64,000 nt of DNA from Eledone cirrhosa (Eukaryota). Location: assembly GCA_964016885.1 (NCBI GenBank), contig OZ024740.1, positions 378,696,001-378,760,000 on the forward strand, given 5' to 3'. The notes beneath the pieces are model-generated. The model did not search any database. It was given only the letters and a program-made list of their open reading frames with translations, and had not been told where the DNA came from. Positions 24,700-36,227 of the stretch are shown in pieces; position 1 is the stretch's first letter; the number at the start of each line of letters is the position of its first letter. The position numbers were made by a program, and so were the translations under genes.

Positions 24700-26200
24700 G
24701 GATATTTGTTGTTTCCCCAAATGTTGTTTTTCTTTTGCAATGTCATAATGTTGGAACTGATAACAATTCTATCAAAGTTTTTCTGGAGCTCCAATCCTAA
24801 TTGGTACCGCTCATGCTTTCATATTCCACATTCTCTCAACATTTATTCTTTTACAATACAATTTTCTCGTGTTCTTTACCATTGATGTAATGGTCTCCTG
24901 GGCAAGCTACATCAATCAACAAACATCTCCTTTTGGTACCTTTCTTCACCAAAGTTATATCTGGCTTTGTATTTTCAAAAACTCTATCTGTCTGGATTTT
25001 AAAGTCCCACAAAAGTTTTACTATCAGATTTTCTAAGACCTTCTTTGGTTTGTGCTAATGTCATTTCTCGGTGGTTTCAAACAAGCGTCTTGGGGATACA
25101 GTCCTCAAGCCCTCCTACCAAGCGAGACCAGTCGAGCCCATGGATGTTATCCAACCGTCTTGCCCCTGGGTCTCCTACCGGTTGGTTTTGCCCGTAAAAC
25201 CTGTCCATCAATTCTTTCTACCACTTATCTTTAGTTTGAATTTCATAATATTGGCTAAATTTCATGTCTATATGTCTTCCAATTTTGTCATGCCTGAATA
25301 TTGTTTTGTCCAAATACTATCTTCTAAAAAAAATGTAATCAACAACACCTAAAATCTACCTCAATCAATAGCTGCTTTACGTATTTTGATTTTGTGTAGC
25401 AGCTCAGCTCCTGTCACTGCTTTGAGTACTAGGATTTGGCACTAGTGTGGACGGAGTGGTTTCTAAATGTTCAACTGTTTTTGTTATTTTTAGATATTTT
25501 CCGTGTAAGTGGTTTTCTTTGCTATAGCATTTTGTAGTTTTAATTTTGTCTTTATTTTTACGGCTGTCTGAACTTCAAAACATGTGTTTTCTCGATATAT
25601 ATTAAATCAGTTATTTCTGTTAGATATTTTTGTAGTTATTTCATGTAAATTGTTTTAATTATAAAATATCATTGTTGTGTCTTTAGTAAATATATTCTGC
25701 TTTGGAAGGCGTATGCTAAACATTGCCATTGTTCTCATTTCTTCATCCGTACTAATTCACTCCCACTTAAGTATAATATGACCTTACTGGAGTGCCTATC
25801 AATAACTGCTATCGTGTTGTTAGAAGTTAGGTCATGCGTAAAGATTAATCTGAAGAGTTTGATATTCTTTTGTAACCTTGTCTTTGATTTGTGCTTGTTG
25901 CACTCTATCTAGTTCGTTGCACTCTATCTAGTGTTTTTAAATTTGCCCTTGTTTAATGTTTTTATTTTTGTGTCTGTTTATAGCAATAAATATTTTCATA
26001 TTCGTTTTTATTAATGTTATACTCTACAAAGAATTACTTAGCACATTTATCTAGTCCTATTTCCGTATAGACACCCCCGACGAATCTGTGCAAACAAGAC
26101 TTCGTTTTTACCTCTGCCGTCATGTATTGAGATCATCCATGTAAGTAAGTAGATAATTAATTTTATAATAAGAGCTATGCTCGGTACAGAGAATATTTAT
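24700..26200 (-). mobile_element. Highly degraded Dong/R4-like RLE element, with a nested RTE 3' fragment at ~25060-25210
   Basis: Minus: LLWDFKIQTD...KPDITLV...CLLIDVACPGD at ~24880-25020; YMDDL-like RT remnant at ~26130. Confidence 0.6.
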
Positions 26201-26989
26201 TAAACGCCTTCGAGAAACAAAAATGAGTATTTACATGACTTATACCCTGCTATCAAACAAATCTATCGTTAGGATCACCCCGTCGCCTTCCATTGGCAGA
26301 AAGGGCAGGTAGCTTTCTTCATGTGGCTATGACGAAGGAGATATTTCCCTGTTCAGGTAAATTATTATCTACTTCTTCAAGTTCTACTTGGAGAGGAAAA
26401 AGATGGTGGAGAGGAAGGTATTGCATCTTAGTGAATTTTCTGAAAAGTTGTTGTTTTTTAACCTCAGATCAGCCTTGATCGAGCAGACATGTAATTAAAA
26501 TCATTTCTGCCGTGATAATTATTTTTCTTGTATACAGGAGACTCGGGACTATGTTATCAAACGTGTCATTTTCTGAGAAACGATAGATGTGAAGGAGATT
26601 TGGCTGGTATTTCTAATAGGTCGAGTGACCTTGTAGAGGTTCGTTATCTGATAGATAGATGAGAGTGGCGAAGATGACCAGCATGAATGAGACTATTCTC
26701 AGCAAGCGCCTATGGGGCGGAAAATACAGCTGAGAAAGGGTACTTGTTTTTAGCAATAAATATAATTCAGAATATTTTGGGCTCCCAGTTTGACTTCATG
26801 TAGTTGTAACCTTATTGAAACATTTCATTTTGTTTTCTTTCATACTGCTGTTTTACAAATCTGTTTTCTCAAATTCGATTATATATAAGCTCCAAACGTT
26901 TTTATGCTGTTTTGTAATGTCCTCGTGACAAATGCATTGTCCTTGTCACAAATAAAGCATATAAGTTGAACAGTTTTATGAGAGTGGTC

Positions 26990-27580
26990 TGACACAACAA
27001 GATGCATCACCATTTAACAGAGACGTGTACAGCATTGTCTTTAGGGATGAAGAAATATTTGTACACTTCAGCAGTTTTGAAACCGACGTCATGAGGAGCA
27101 AGAGAAAAATCAAATCAATCCCCTTTACTATGTCCCCTCCCCCTCTCCTTACACAAAATAAAAGAAAAAAGAAAACAGACGAGACGCCAAAGAGCACATA
27201 AAACAACTATCCACCACACAACCACCCCATTAAGAACAAATAAACTCACAACCGCAAAAACAAAAGAGAAGAAAGCAGACACAAAAATAATTATTGAAAA
27301 AAAAAAAAAAAAAATCGAAAATAAAAAAGAAGCAAAAGCACCAAAAATAAGAACAAATACAATAATAGCATAAACCGTAGCTTTTTGTGGGTTTTCTCCA
27401 TTTGTAATCCCAAGAAGTCTTCCTATTGGGGAATTTTTGTTCGAATTTGTTTTACATGTTTTTCTTGTTTTTGTTATATGACTTGTTGGACGCCAAAGCC
27501 CACACTGTGCCGTCTTATACCGTCCTTAACATTTTCTTCGTGTGAGCCTTCCATGGCTAGTAAAGACGTCCTTATTATTA
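26990..27580 (+). mobile_element. Tx1-related 3' fragment: ORF1-like C-terminus, A-rich spacer and 3' UTR ending in TTATTATTA, no ORF2
   Basis: 27380-27580 aligns by eye with 7890-8105 (cctattggggaatttt, gccc..tgt.ccgtc, gtccttaa); FNRDVYS...KRKIKSIP resembles ORF1 end INRRVYS...KRDVKTIP. Confidence 0.6.
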
Positions 27581-27585
27581 GTAAG

Positions 27586-27800
27586 GTGAGAGTGGTGGAT
27601 TGGCAGAATCGATAGAGCGTCTGACACCATGCTTTGCAGCATAGAGTTACGTCCCTTTAGGTTCTGAGTTCAAATTCCGCCGAGGTTAGCTTTCCCTTTC
27701 ATCCTTACGAGGGTCGATAAAATAATGTACCAGTAACGGGCAAGGGTCGATTTAATTGACTTTCCTCTCCCTTAAATTGTTGGCCTGGTGCCTTGTTATT
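27586..27800 (+). mobile_element. SINE family A copy
   Basis: gtggattggcagaatcg...gagttcaaattccgccgagg...catccttacgagggtcgataaaat. Confidence 0.85.
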
Positions 27801-27839
27801 GATAGATTCATATGTATAAAGTATTCTACATTGCACTGC

Positions 27840-28620
27840 GAAAAGACCAAGCTTTATTTTGAGCCCTTCGGAAAAAAAACTTTTCAAAATATTTTTTGGG
27901 ATTTTTGTTTTAAAATCCGATATTAGAAATGATGTCACTTTCTTCCTCACCAACGAAAATTCCTGCTCATACTACTATAGCTACCATTGTATCAGACAAT
28001 AGCAATAGCAACAACAACAGCAACAAAATGCGTGAAGGCATTGCTGACTTTTTTCCTGTTTTGAAAAATAACAACAGGAAAAGAAAGACAGCAATTAAGA
28101 CCACGATAACAAAACAATGACAACAAGAATAAAAACAATGACAGTAAAAAAACTACTACCACTAGTATTATTACTCCCTTTAAAAGTGAAGAATTATTAC
28201 CAACGGAAAAAAGCACTACCACCTCAATCACCAGTACCACCATTTACTGCAACACGTAGTACCAGCACGACCACGGTTTCGAAAATAACTGAGGGCTGTG
28301 GTAGCAACAGCAACAGAGGTTACAGCTAGGAAACTTCATAAGGTAGTCCTTTTGCAAGTTCTGCAAGAAAGTTTGAAAAGTTTAATTTAATGGAGGAAGA
28401 ATTGAAAGAAGCCAACTCGACGTGATAGAAAATGCAACGATGCACGCTCACATATAAATCGCATCGGGTGAAAAGAGCAAGCGTTACCCATGTTCAAAAG
28501 TACTAAGGTGTGTGTGGAGATACAAGATCCACATCATCCGTAAAAAATGGTACGGTGGAAGTAAGGTTCGAAACAGGCAGAGGCAATAACCCATTCCATA
28601 ATTTTAGTCCGAACTTACGA
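27840..28620 (+). mobile_element. Degraded 5' part (UTR and ORF1 N-terminus) of a relative of the Tx1-like element
   Basis: gcccttcgg UTR motif; PFASSARKFEKFNLMEEELKEA and CTLTYK..SHRVKRASVTHVQK match ORF1 SFAGIAKK..EELEEA and CTVTYR..SRRVERATEAQIQK. Confidence 0.72.
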
Positions 28621-28621
28621 C

Positions 28622-28925
28622 AGTCAGCACCTGTGACTCCGATACAGCACTCGGGGCGATGAATTAATCAAGGCGCTCTGAGAGAACGCAAGCACCTTTC
28701 CAACAACTGACAACAAAGATATTCCACGGAAATGTTCCATATAAGTCTTTGGAACCAGGTGCATATAGGGAAATGAGAATAGCATCAACCCAGTCATGAG
28801 GCACCTCTTTTCTCCAGTAGTACACAATTATGGAGTGAAGTAATTCAGTCATCATTTTCCCACCAGATTTCAAAATTTCTGAAATAATGTCATCAATACC
28901 CGGTGCCTTATTGTTATTGAGCTAT
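28622..28925 (-). mobile_element. RTE-like RT N-terminal fragment
   Basis: NNKAPGID..ISEILKSGG, VPHDWVDAILISL, FRGISLLSVVGKVLA. Confidence 0.75.
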
Positions 28926-29600
28926 GAAGATCAACCATTTCCTCAATTATTCTCATATTTACATTTGTTCTGGATGTTCTCCGTGATAATATATTCTCTA
29001 CCTTCTCCATAGTTAAGAGTGTAGAGTTTGTTTCCTCAAAATTCTTCCTATTTTCTTTTTTTTTCTTTTATATTTCTGTCATTATCATAATGTAAATAAC
29101 TAAATAAATGCATTCTTGGTGTTAAATGAAAAGGTTAGATCTAGCATTCGACAGCTAAAATATAAAGGCGTGTGAAGAAAACAATCTGAGGTGAAATAGT
29201 TCTTTATTATGTAAGTATACTTAAAAACCAAACACAAGGTTGATAATAAAATTATTGTTCAAACCAAAAGTATATAGTATGAAAGCAAAATTCAAGAAAA
29301 TTCAAGAAAATTCAAGAAAATTCAAGATTGCTTGTTCAGTAAATTCTTATAGTAGTAAGCTCGCACTCGGGATAACCAGATACTACTGCACCTATGGGTG
29401 GAAAATCGAAATTGGTATTTCTCGATCTCTGACAAATGATATTATCTGAATTAGAGTCCTGATGAAGAGTAATGACCCAGAAACACGTTGATTATTCCTC
29501 AATGCCAGTGTTGAACAAACGGATGACGGTTTGTCATCGGCACGGCACAGCTTTAATCGGGCTGTTTTTTTACAAACGAATCGAACATTATTATTAATAA

Positions 29601-29710
29601 TCCCGCCGAGGTTAACTTTGCCTTTCATCCTTACGGGGTCGATAAAAATATAGTACCAGTAATACACTGGGTAATTGCTGGCCTTGTTCCAAAAGTAGAA
29701 ACAATTATTA
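29601..29710 (+). mobile_element. SINE family A, 5'-truncated
   Basis: Core and tail nearly identical to 32080-32188 and 33360-33465. Confidence 0.85.
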
Positions 29711-29779
29711 ATATTCGATATAACCCATACGTACATATGTATTGTAAAAAATCCAAGTGTCTTTTGTGATGAATTACGT

Positions 29780-30880
29780 AACAGGATTACGTTGAACCCA
29801 AACATATAATAATACATACAGGAATCGTAAACACAAGGTTATAAAAACCTTCGCTAAATACAAATCACAACCTCCCCACGAACAACTGACGTTGCACTCC
29901 AGGTCCGAACACGGAAGAGCCGAACTCCCACTCTCTTCGCCTCCATCTCTCTCGCCTTCCCCATCTCTCTGTATTATGAGCGAATGGGGTTCCACGTGCT
30001 GGCCGCCTCACGACCCCGGTGGACAGAATTGAGAAGGCGTTTCCCCGGAGTATGCTAAGGGAGATGCGCTGGAAGATCTATTCCATCTCACGAGGCTCAC
30101 ACCTGCGGCTATCCAGCTCAGCGCCTATGGTGGTAAGTAGGGAGGTAACCCTAGGGCCAAGGACACCAGAAGTCTCCATTGCTAGGGGCACGACTGCAGA
30201 CCTGTCGGAGAGCAACTGATACTTGGAGAGTTTGCCCTCCGAAGGCCGAAGTGCAGCAGAACTTGGGTTAGTCCCAGACTGCACCAGGGTGCGGCCGGAG
30301 AAAGTGTCGCTGCAAGTGGCATCCCAGACGAGTGGTTTGCCACCGCGGAACGGGAAGATGGTCATACCGTTTGGCCTTTTGTCGTCCCCTCGGTCCAACT
30401 CCACCGACTCGAACTGTGAGAGGAAGCCTGCAGCATCCAAGCCATGCTTTATAACCTCGTTGAGGCGGCATGGCGTAGAAGGCGGCTGGCACTGTAATGA
30501 CAGGAAAGCTGGTGGAGGCCGAAAGAGTCCACGGTGGATCTGCAGCGACATTTGTGTGGTTCGCAGATGCGAAGACTAAGCCTCAGGGAAACCCCGATGC
30601 GCTGGCTATCGTTGTCCAGCTGCGTGCCTGTGGAGAAGGAGGGTAAGGCATGGAGCCAGCCACCTCTGTGGGGTTGTGAGGTCGCACGAAAACATTCAAA
30701 GCGGTGCTGGTCGAGCTGGCGCGCTAGCTTGTCTGAGGCCAGGTTGCACTGGATTGTATCCCAAATACTCTGGGGGGACTTGACCTCAGCAGGGGGAGGA
30801 AGAGGATGGACGTCTACACACCGGTTCCCCGCCACGCAGGCGGTCTCATGTTCCTCGATCACAGTGGGTTCCATTGTATT
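29780..30880 (-). mobile_element. CRE-clade-like RLE retrotransposon, 3' fragment
   Basis: WLHALP..G..LD, CRC...HQLSC...RH, KRPNG..IFPF..GKPLVWDATCSDT, PLAMETSGVLG, FQRISLSILRGNA. Confidence 0.82.
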
Positions 30881-30983
30881 TAGGAGTTAGATAGATATAC
30901 GAATAGCTTTGGGTGTAAACAACATTCTATATATTTAAACAGATTCGAAATTACCCAGTGCTCCAATTGCTTACAAAGAATGT

Positions 30984-31050
30984 TGTTTAGCTCAATGACT
31001 AGAGCACTTAGTCGGAATTTGAGAGATGCGGAGTTCGATTCTCCGTATGG
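30984..31050 (+). pseudogene. tRNA-like sequence (tRNA pseudogene or SINE head)
   Basis: A-box-like tagctcaatgactagagc and B-box gagttcgattctc at tRNA spacing; acceptor stem not convincing. Confidence 0.5.
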
Positions 31051-31996
31051 AGGCTGTCCCCTTTTCCTGTCAATAGGGTTAAATTCCCCGAATTTCTAAG
31101 CTATTATTTATTGCAATCGGCTGTGGTTACAGTAATTTTCTGCGTTTAGGGTTCCTAAGAATCACAAAACTATCCATAATTACACACAGACATACACACA
31201 TACTCTCACACATCATATATCCACATGCACAGAAAAATTTACGTACACACACATATCTTTTTACATTTACACGCACACATACACCCAATTGCTGACACGA
31301 TCTTTTAGACATACGTGCATATCTACACATACACGCACACACATACACTCACACATACTCTCTCTCTCTCACACACACACACACATTTACACACACGCGT
31401 CATATATGCACGCCTACAGAGACATTTACGTATATCGTTACATTTGCACGTATATAAACGCTCTTACATGTCTACACAGATATACGTTCCTACATATCTA
31501 CATACATATTTACATATATATATATATATATATATACACACCTACAAATACATTGGTGAATAGATTTATATATTCCAAACACATCGTTATATATACTAGC
31601 AGAAAAACCACCCTTTGGGTGGTTTTCTGCTAGCATGTGTAGTGTGCATATTGATATTATACGCAAATATATATGCATGTAGATATGATACAGCAAATAA
31701 AATCGTAATTGACAATATACACAGAAATTGAACGAAGACTGCGTTACACTCTCTTATGTAATCAGTAACGTAATCCATGATACATTTAAAAAAAGACGAT
31801 ATTATATATAAACTGCATTAGGAGAAAATTAGTGACGGAAATATATGAATGTTTATTTAAGCGATCGCTAACCAGAAGTGTTGACATTTGAAAATTTTAA
31901 AGCAGTGAATCTTTAAATAAGTAATAAAATATCTTTAATCAACAGCTACGAAATTTAGTAGATAAATTATGTAATATTCATTCATTATTTATTCAA

Positions 31997-32188
31997 AGGG
32001 CGGTGGATTGGCAGTATCGGTAGAGGGTCGGACGCCATGCTTTCCAGCATAGTTACGTCCCTTTACGATCTGAGTTCAAATCCCGCCGAGGTTGACTTTG
32101 CCTTTCATCCTTACGGGGTCGATAAAATAAAGTACCAGTAATGCACTGGGTAATTGCTGGCCTTGTGCCAAAAGTAGAAACAATTATT
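31997..32188 (+). mobile_element. Full-length SINE family A copy with apparent TSD (..tattcaaag)
   Basis: gggcggtggattggcagtatcgg head, B-box, core and tail; close to the reverse complement of 13957-14140. Confidence 0.88.
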
Positions 32189-32689
32189 TATTCAAAGTAA
32201 TCCAACTTATTTTACTACTTTATTATAGTTTAGATACTTACACATACACACATTTTCTAACGTACACACATAAACATGTCACTCCATTTACACACATATA
32301 TACGCATTTATATATTCACACACACACACACACACACACAACGACAACAACAACAACAAAAATAATACCGATTTCGCAGGCCATCTCCGAATCTAATATT
32401 TCTTTGTTCTCTGTGTTTGCCGTAAGACTTTTTGTTGATTAACTAATTATGCAATCCGAACCTGATGATGCCGCCGGGGTCTTACGTAACCAGGCCATTG
32501 AAATATATGTAGTTTTTTGCAACAATAAAACTTTAAAGGGATATCTCCAGTCTGGCTTCCTCTTGTTTTAATCAAATTAATATTTTACTCCGTTCCTGCA
32601 CTAGATACGGGATACAACATCAACGATGGATGAGTTGCATAACGTAGAGTGCGTTTCCTACCATAAACCGATTGACCATTCCTCGGTAA

Positions 32690-33140
32690 ATGTGTGGGGG
32701 TGGCGGGTGGGGCACTGCTTCCGTTGCCGAACAGAATAAAATTCGGAAATTCCTGGATCTATCTAATAATTATTCTTTCCAGCCTGTGTCGTTCGAGACA
32801 TTTGGTTCCTGTCATCGCTGGCGTTTCGCCTTACTGAGGTGTCAGGTGATGCCCGTGAGTGTGCCTGGTTGTTTCAGCGCCTTACCCTCATCATCACCCG
32901 TGCTAATGCTGCGAGCGTATTGGCTTGCCTCAAAATATTCCGATGACCCTTGTGATTTGTTCCTCGCCTCCTTTTCTTCTTCTTTCTCTTGCTCTGGTCA
33001 TATATTTTGGTGTGTTGTTTTTGTGAGGTTCCTAACAGGGGTTAGTTGTATTTGTTATATGTGTTTGTTTTTATCAACGACATTATATTTGTAATATTAT
33101 TTGTAATGTTATTTATGTATATATTTAAAACTTAATAAAA
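32690..33140 (+). mobile_element. CRE-like RLE element, extreme 3' fragment
   Basis: AEQNKIRKF..L..YSFQPVSFETFGS, then WLFQRLTLIITRANAASVL in a shifted frame. Confidence 0.65.
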
Positions 33141-33281
33141 TATAATTTAGATATATAAGATATCTATTAAGAAGTGCACTAACAACCGATTAGTATGTCC
33201 ACTTCAGAATAATACTATGAATGAATGGTTATATATACTTATCAAATACATGTTTCCTTGTGGTTGATTGGATGATATATA

Positions 33282-33328
33282 CATCTTCTGATGAGGATCC
33301 AATTAGATTCGAAAATTGATTAAAGTTG
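33282..33328 (+). ncRNA. Type I hammerhead ribozyme motif (probable Penelope remnant)
   Basis: catctt-CTGATGA-ggatc caatta gattc-GAAA-attgat-TA-aagttg: complete core, 5-bp stem II. Confidence 0.65.
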
Positions 33329-33344
33329 TTTTATCATTATTGCC

Positions 33345-33465
33345 ATTCTGTGTTCAAATCCCGCCGAGGTTAACTTTGCCTTTCATCCTTACGGGGTCGA
33401 TAAAATAAAGTACCAGTAATGTACTGTGTAATTGCTGGCCTTGTGCCAATAGTAGAAACAATTAT
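33345..33465 (+). mobile_element. SINE family A, 5'-truncated
   Basis: gttcaaatcccgccgagg...core...tail. Confidence 0.85.
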
Positions 33466-33594
33466 TTCAATTTACAGGGATAATCGTATTTTCTGGCATT
33501 TTTATATGTCTACATATTAAAAATGTGCATATTTATATATACAGTACGTTGTTGCAGTCGGTTACACACTCTATATTTATCTAGATATAACTGT

Positions 33595-33780
<186 letters not shown>

Positions 33781-35731
33781 CATGGTCACACCATGGTCAC
33801 CCGCATAGTTAACCAAGTCGTACAGAATGGGGTTGTTCCGAAGGACTGGCATAGCAGCATCATCGTTAACTGTTATAAGGGTAAAGGAGACGCCCTAGAT
33901 AGGAGTAACTATAGAGGCATTAAATTAATCGACCAGGTCATGAAGGTCACGGAAAAAGTAATAGCGCAACTAATCAGAGAGAGAATTGACCTAGATGAAA
34001 TGCAGTTCGGGTTTGTGTCAGGCAAAAGTACCACAGACGCTCTTTTCATAGTACGACAACTACAGGAGAAGTACCTAGCTAAAGGTAAACCCCTCTACTT
34101 AGCTTTTGTCGACTTGGAGAAAGCCTTCGACAGAGTCCCCCGCTCCATTATCTGGTGGGCTCTTAGAAAACTAGGCGTTGACGAATGGCTTGTGAGGGCT
34201 ATACAAGCCATGTATAAAGAAACAGTCAGCAAGGTTAGAATTAACAACGAATATAGTGAAGAGTTTAGCGTAAAAGTTGGCGTCCATCAGGGCTCTGTTC
34301 TCAGCCCCCTACTATTTATTATTGCCCTTCAGGCTATAACAGAGGAGTTCAAGACAGGCTGCCCATGGGAACTCCTATACGCAGACGACCTGACACTCAT
34401 AGCGGAATCAATGGCCGAGCTAGAGAAGAAATTCCAAACATGGAAGCACGGCCTAGAGTCAAAAGGACTTAAAATTAACCTGGCTAAGACCAAAGTACTA
34501 GTTTGTAGGAAAGAAAACAAGGCGGCGGTCCCTTCTGGGAAATGGTCGTGCTCGGTGTGTAGGAAAGGCGTAGGTAGAAACTCCATTTTATGTCCTAAAT
34601 GCAAAGTATGGGTGCATAAAAGATGTAGTGGGATCACAGGTAAGCTAACTAAGAACATAGATTTTACATGTGGCCGGTGCTCTGGTGCAATAAGTAGCAG
34701 CAAGTGCCCACAAAATACTAGCTCTTTCAATTGCGCAGAGGGTTCTATAGAAATAGTGGACAGCTTCCGTTACCTGGGCGATAAAATCAGCAGTGGGGGA
34801 GGGTGCTCTGAAAGTACTGTAGCTAGAGTCAGAACTGGTTGGAAAAAGTTCAGAGAGCTTATACCACGATTAGCTGCTAAAGGGTTCTCCCTAAAAATGA
34901 AAGGCAGGTTGTACGATGCCTGCATACGAACAGCAATGTTGCATGACAGTGAGACCTGGGCATTGTGTGCAGAGGATATACGCAGACTAGAGAGGAACGA
35001 AGCTTGCATGCTCCGCTGGATGTGTAACAGTAATATACGTGAACGGCAAAGCATAAACGAACTAAGGAAAAAATTAGAGATAAGAGGGATCAGATGTTGT
35101 CTACTCGAGAGAAGGCTACGTTGGTATGGACACGTGATGCGCATGAAAGTCGATAGCTGTATAACAAAGTGCAGGGCAATAAAGATAGACGGTAGTCACG
35201 GAATAGGCAGACCTAGAAAAACCTGGGACGAGCTGATAAACTCCGACATCACACACTTACACCTCTCCAAGACAATGTCACTGGACCGAGACCTTTGGCG
35301 GTACTCAGTAACAGAGAAGACCCGCCTTACCTAAATATATAGTAAAACCTACTCCAGCCAGTAGGCATCTCTAACAAAATACACCCCGTCCCACCACCAC
35401 CACCCCCACCCCATCCACACCACCCCGTTCTATGTAAAGTTATGTTGGTGCCGCGCCATCGAGGCCGAAACAAATGAGATCGTGTAGGTGTCACGACAAA
35501 AAAACACACAGTCCACGCTGTAATGTGGCCGTGTAGGCAACACGGTAAAAATCTCCCAGTCCCACACTGTAAATGTGGTTGGTGTTAGGAAGGGCATCCA
35601 ACTGTAGAAAACCTGCCAGACAGTCCTATGCGAGCAAGACAATCACTCTTGCCTCAAGTGGGAAAACCCCCGTCCAAACCCATGCAAGCGTGGAACACGG
35701 ACGTTAAACGTTGATGATGATGATGATGATA
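33781..35731 (+). mobile_element. 5'-truncated RTE-clade LINE with open RT (33781-35334) containing a PHD-finger insertion; 3' UTR and (GAT)n tail
   Basis: [31 protein letters not shown]4HC3 insert, [20 protein letters not shown]; the N-terminal ~86 aa of the listed ORF is microsatellite read-through. Confidence 0.92.
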
Positions 35732-35798
35732 TATATATAATATATATATCCATTCGCTGTTGAAAAGGTAAGAGTTCAGTCATCAGGCACAATACCTA

Positions 35799-36212
35799 CA
35801 ATCTACTTTCCCAAGTATTGAGTACTTAACTGAACAATGGCCTTACTATTCTAAACTGGTAACTCCCAATCTACTTTCCCAAGTATTGAGTACTTAACTG
35901 AACACTGGCCTTACTATTCTAAACTGGTAACTCCCAATCTACTTTCCCAAGTATTGAGTACTTAACTGAACAATGGCCTTACTATTCTAAACTGGTAACT
36001 CCCAATCTACTTTCCCAAGTATTGAGTACTTAACTGAACAATGGCCTTACTATTCTGAACTGGTAACTCCCAATCTACTTTCCCAAGTATTGAGTACTTA
36101 ACTGAACAATGGCCTTACTATTCTGAACTGGTAACTCCCAATCTACTTTCCCAAGTATTGAGTACTTAACTGAACAATGGCCTTACTATTCTGAACTGGT
36201 AACTCCCAATCT
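35799..36212. repeat. 68-bp minisatellite, 6 copies
   Basis: Unit caatctactttcccaagtattgagtacttaactgaacaatggccttactattct(a/g)aactggtaactcc at 35799, 35867, 35935 and onward. Confidence 0.95.
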
Positions 36213-36227
36213 CTCTCTCTATATATC

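Noticed and set aside
30914-31130. TGT...ACA-bounded segment as a solo LTR
   Set aside because: No clear TSD or second copy; only the tRNA-like part is supportable
35740-35790. Minus-strand ctgatga next to the 68-bp minisatellite
   Set aside because: No GAAA or stem I partner
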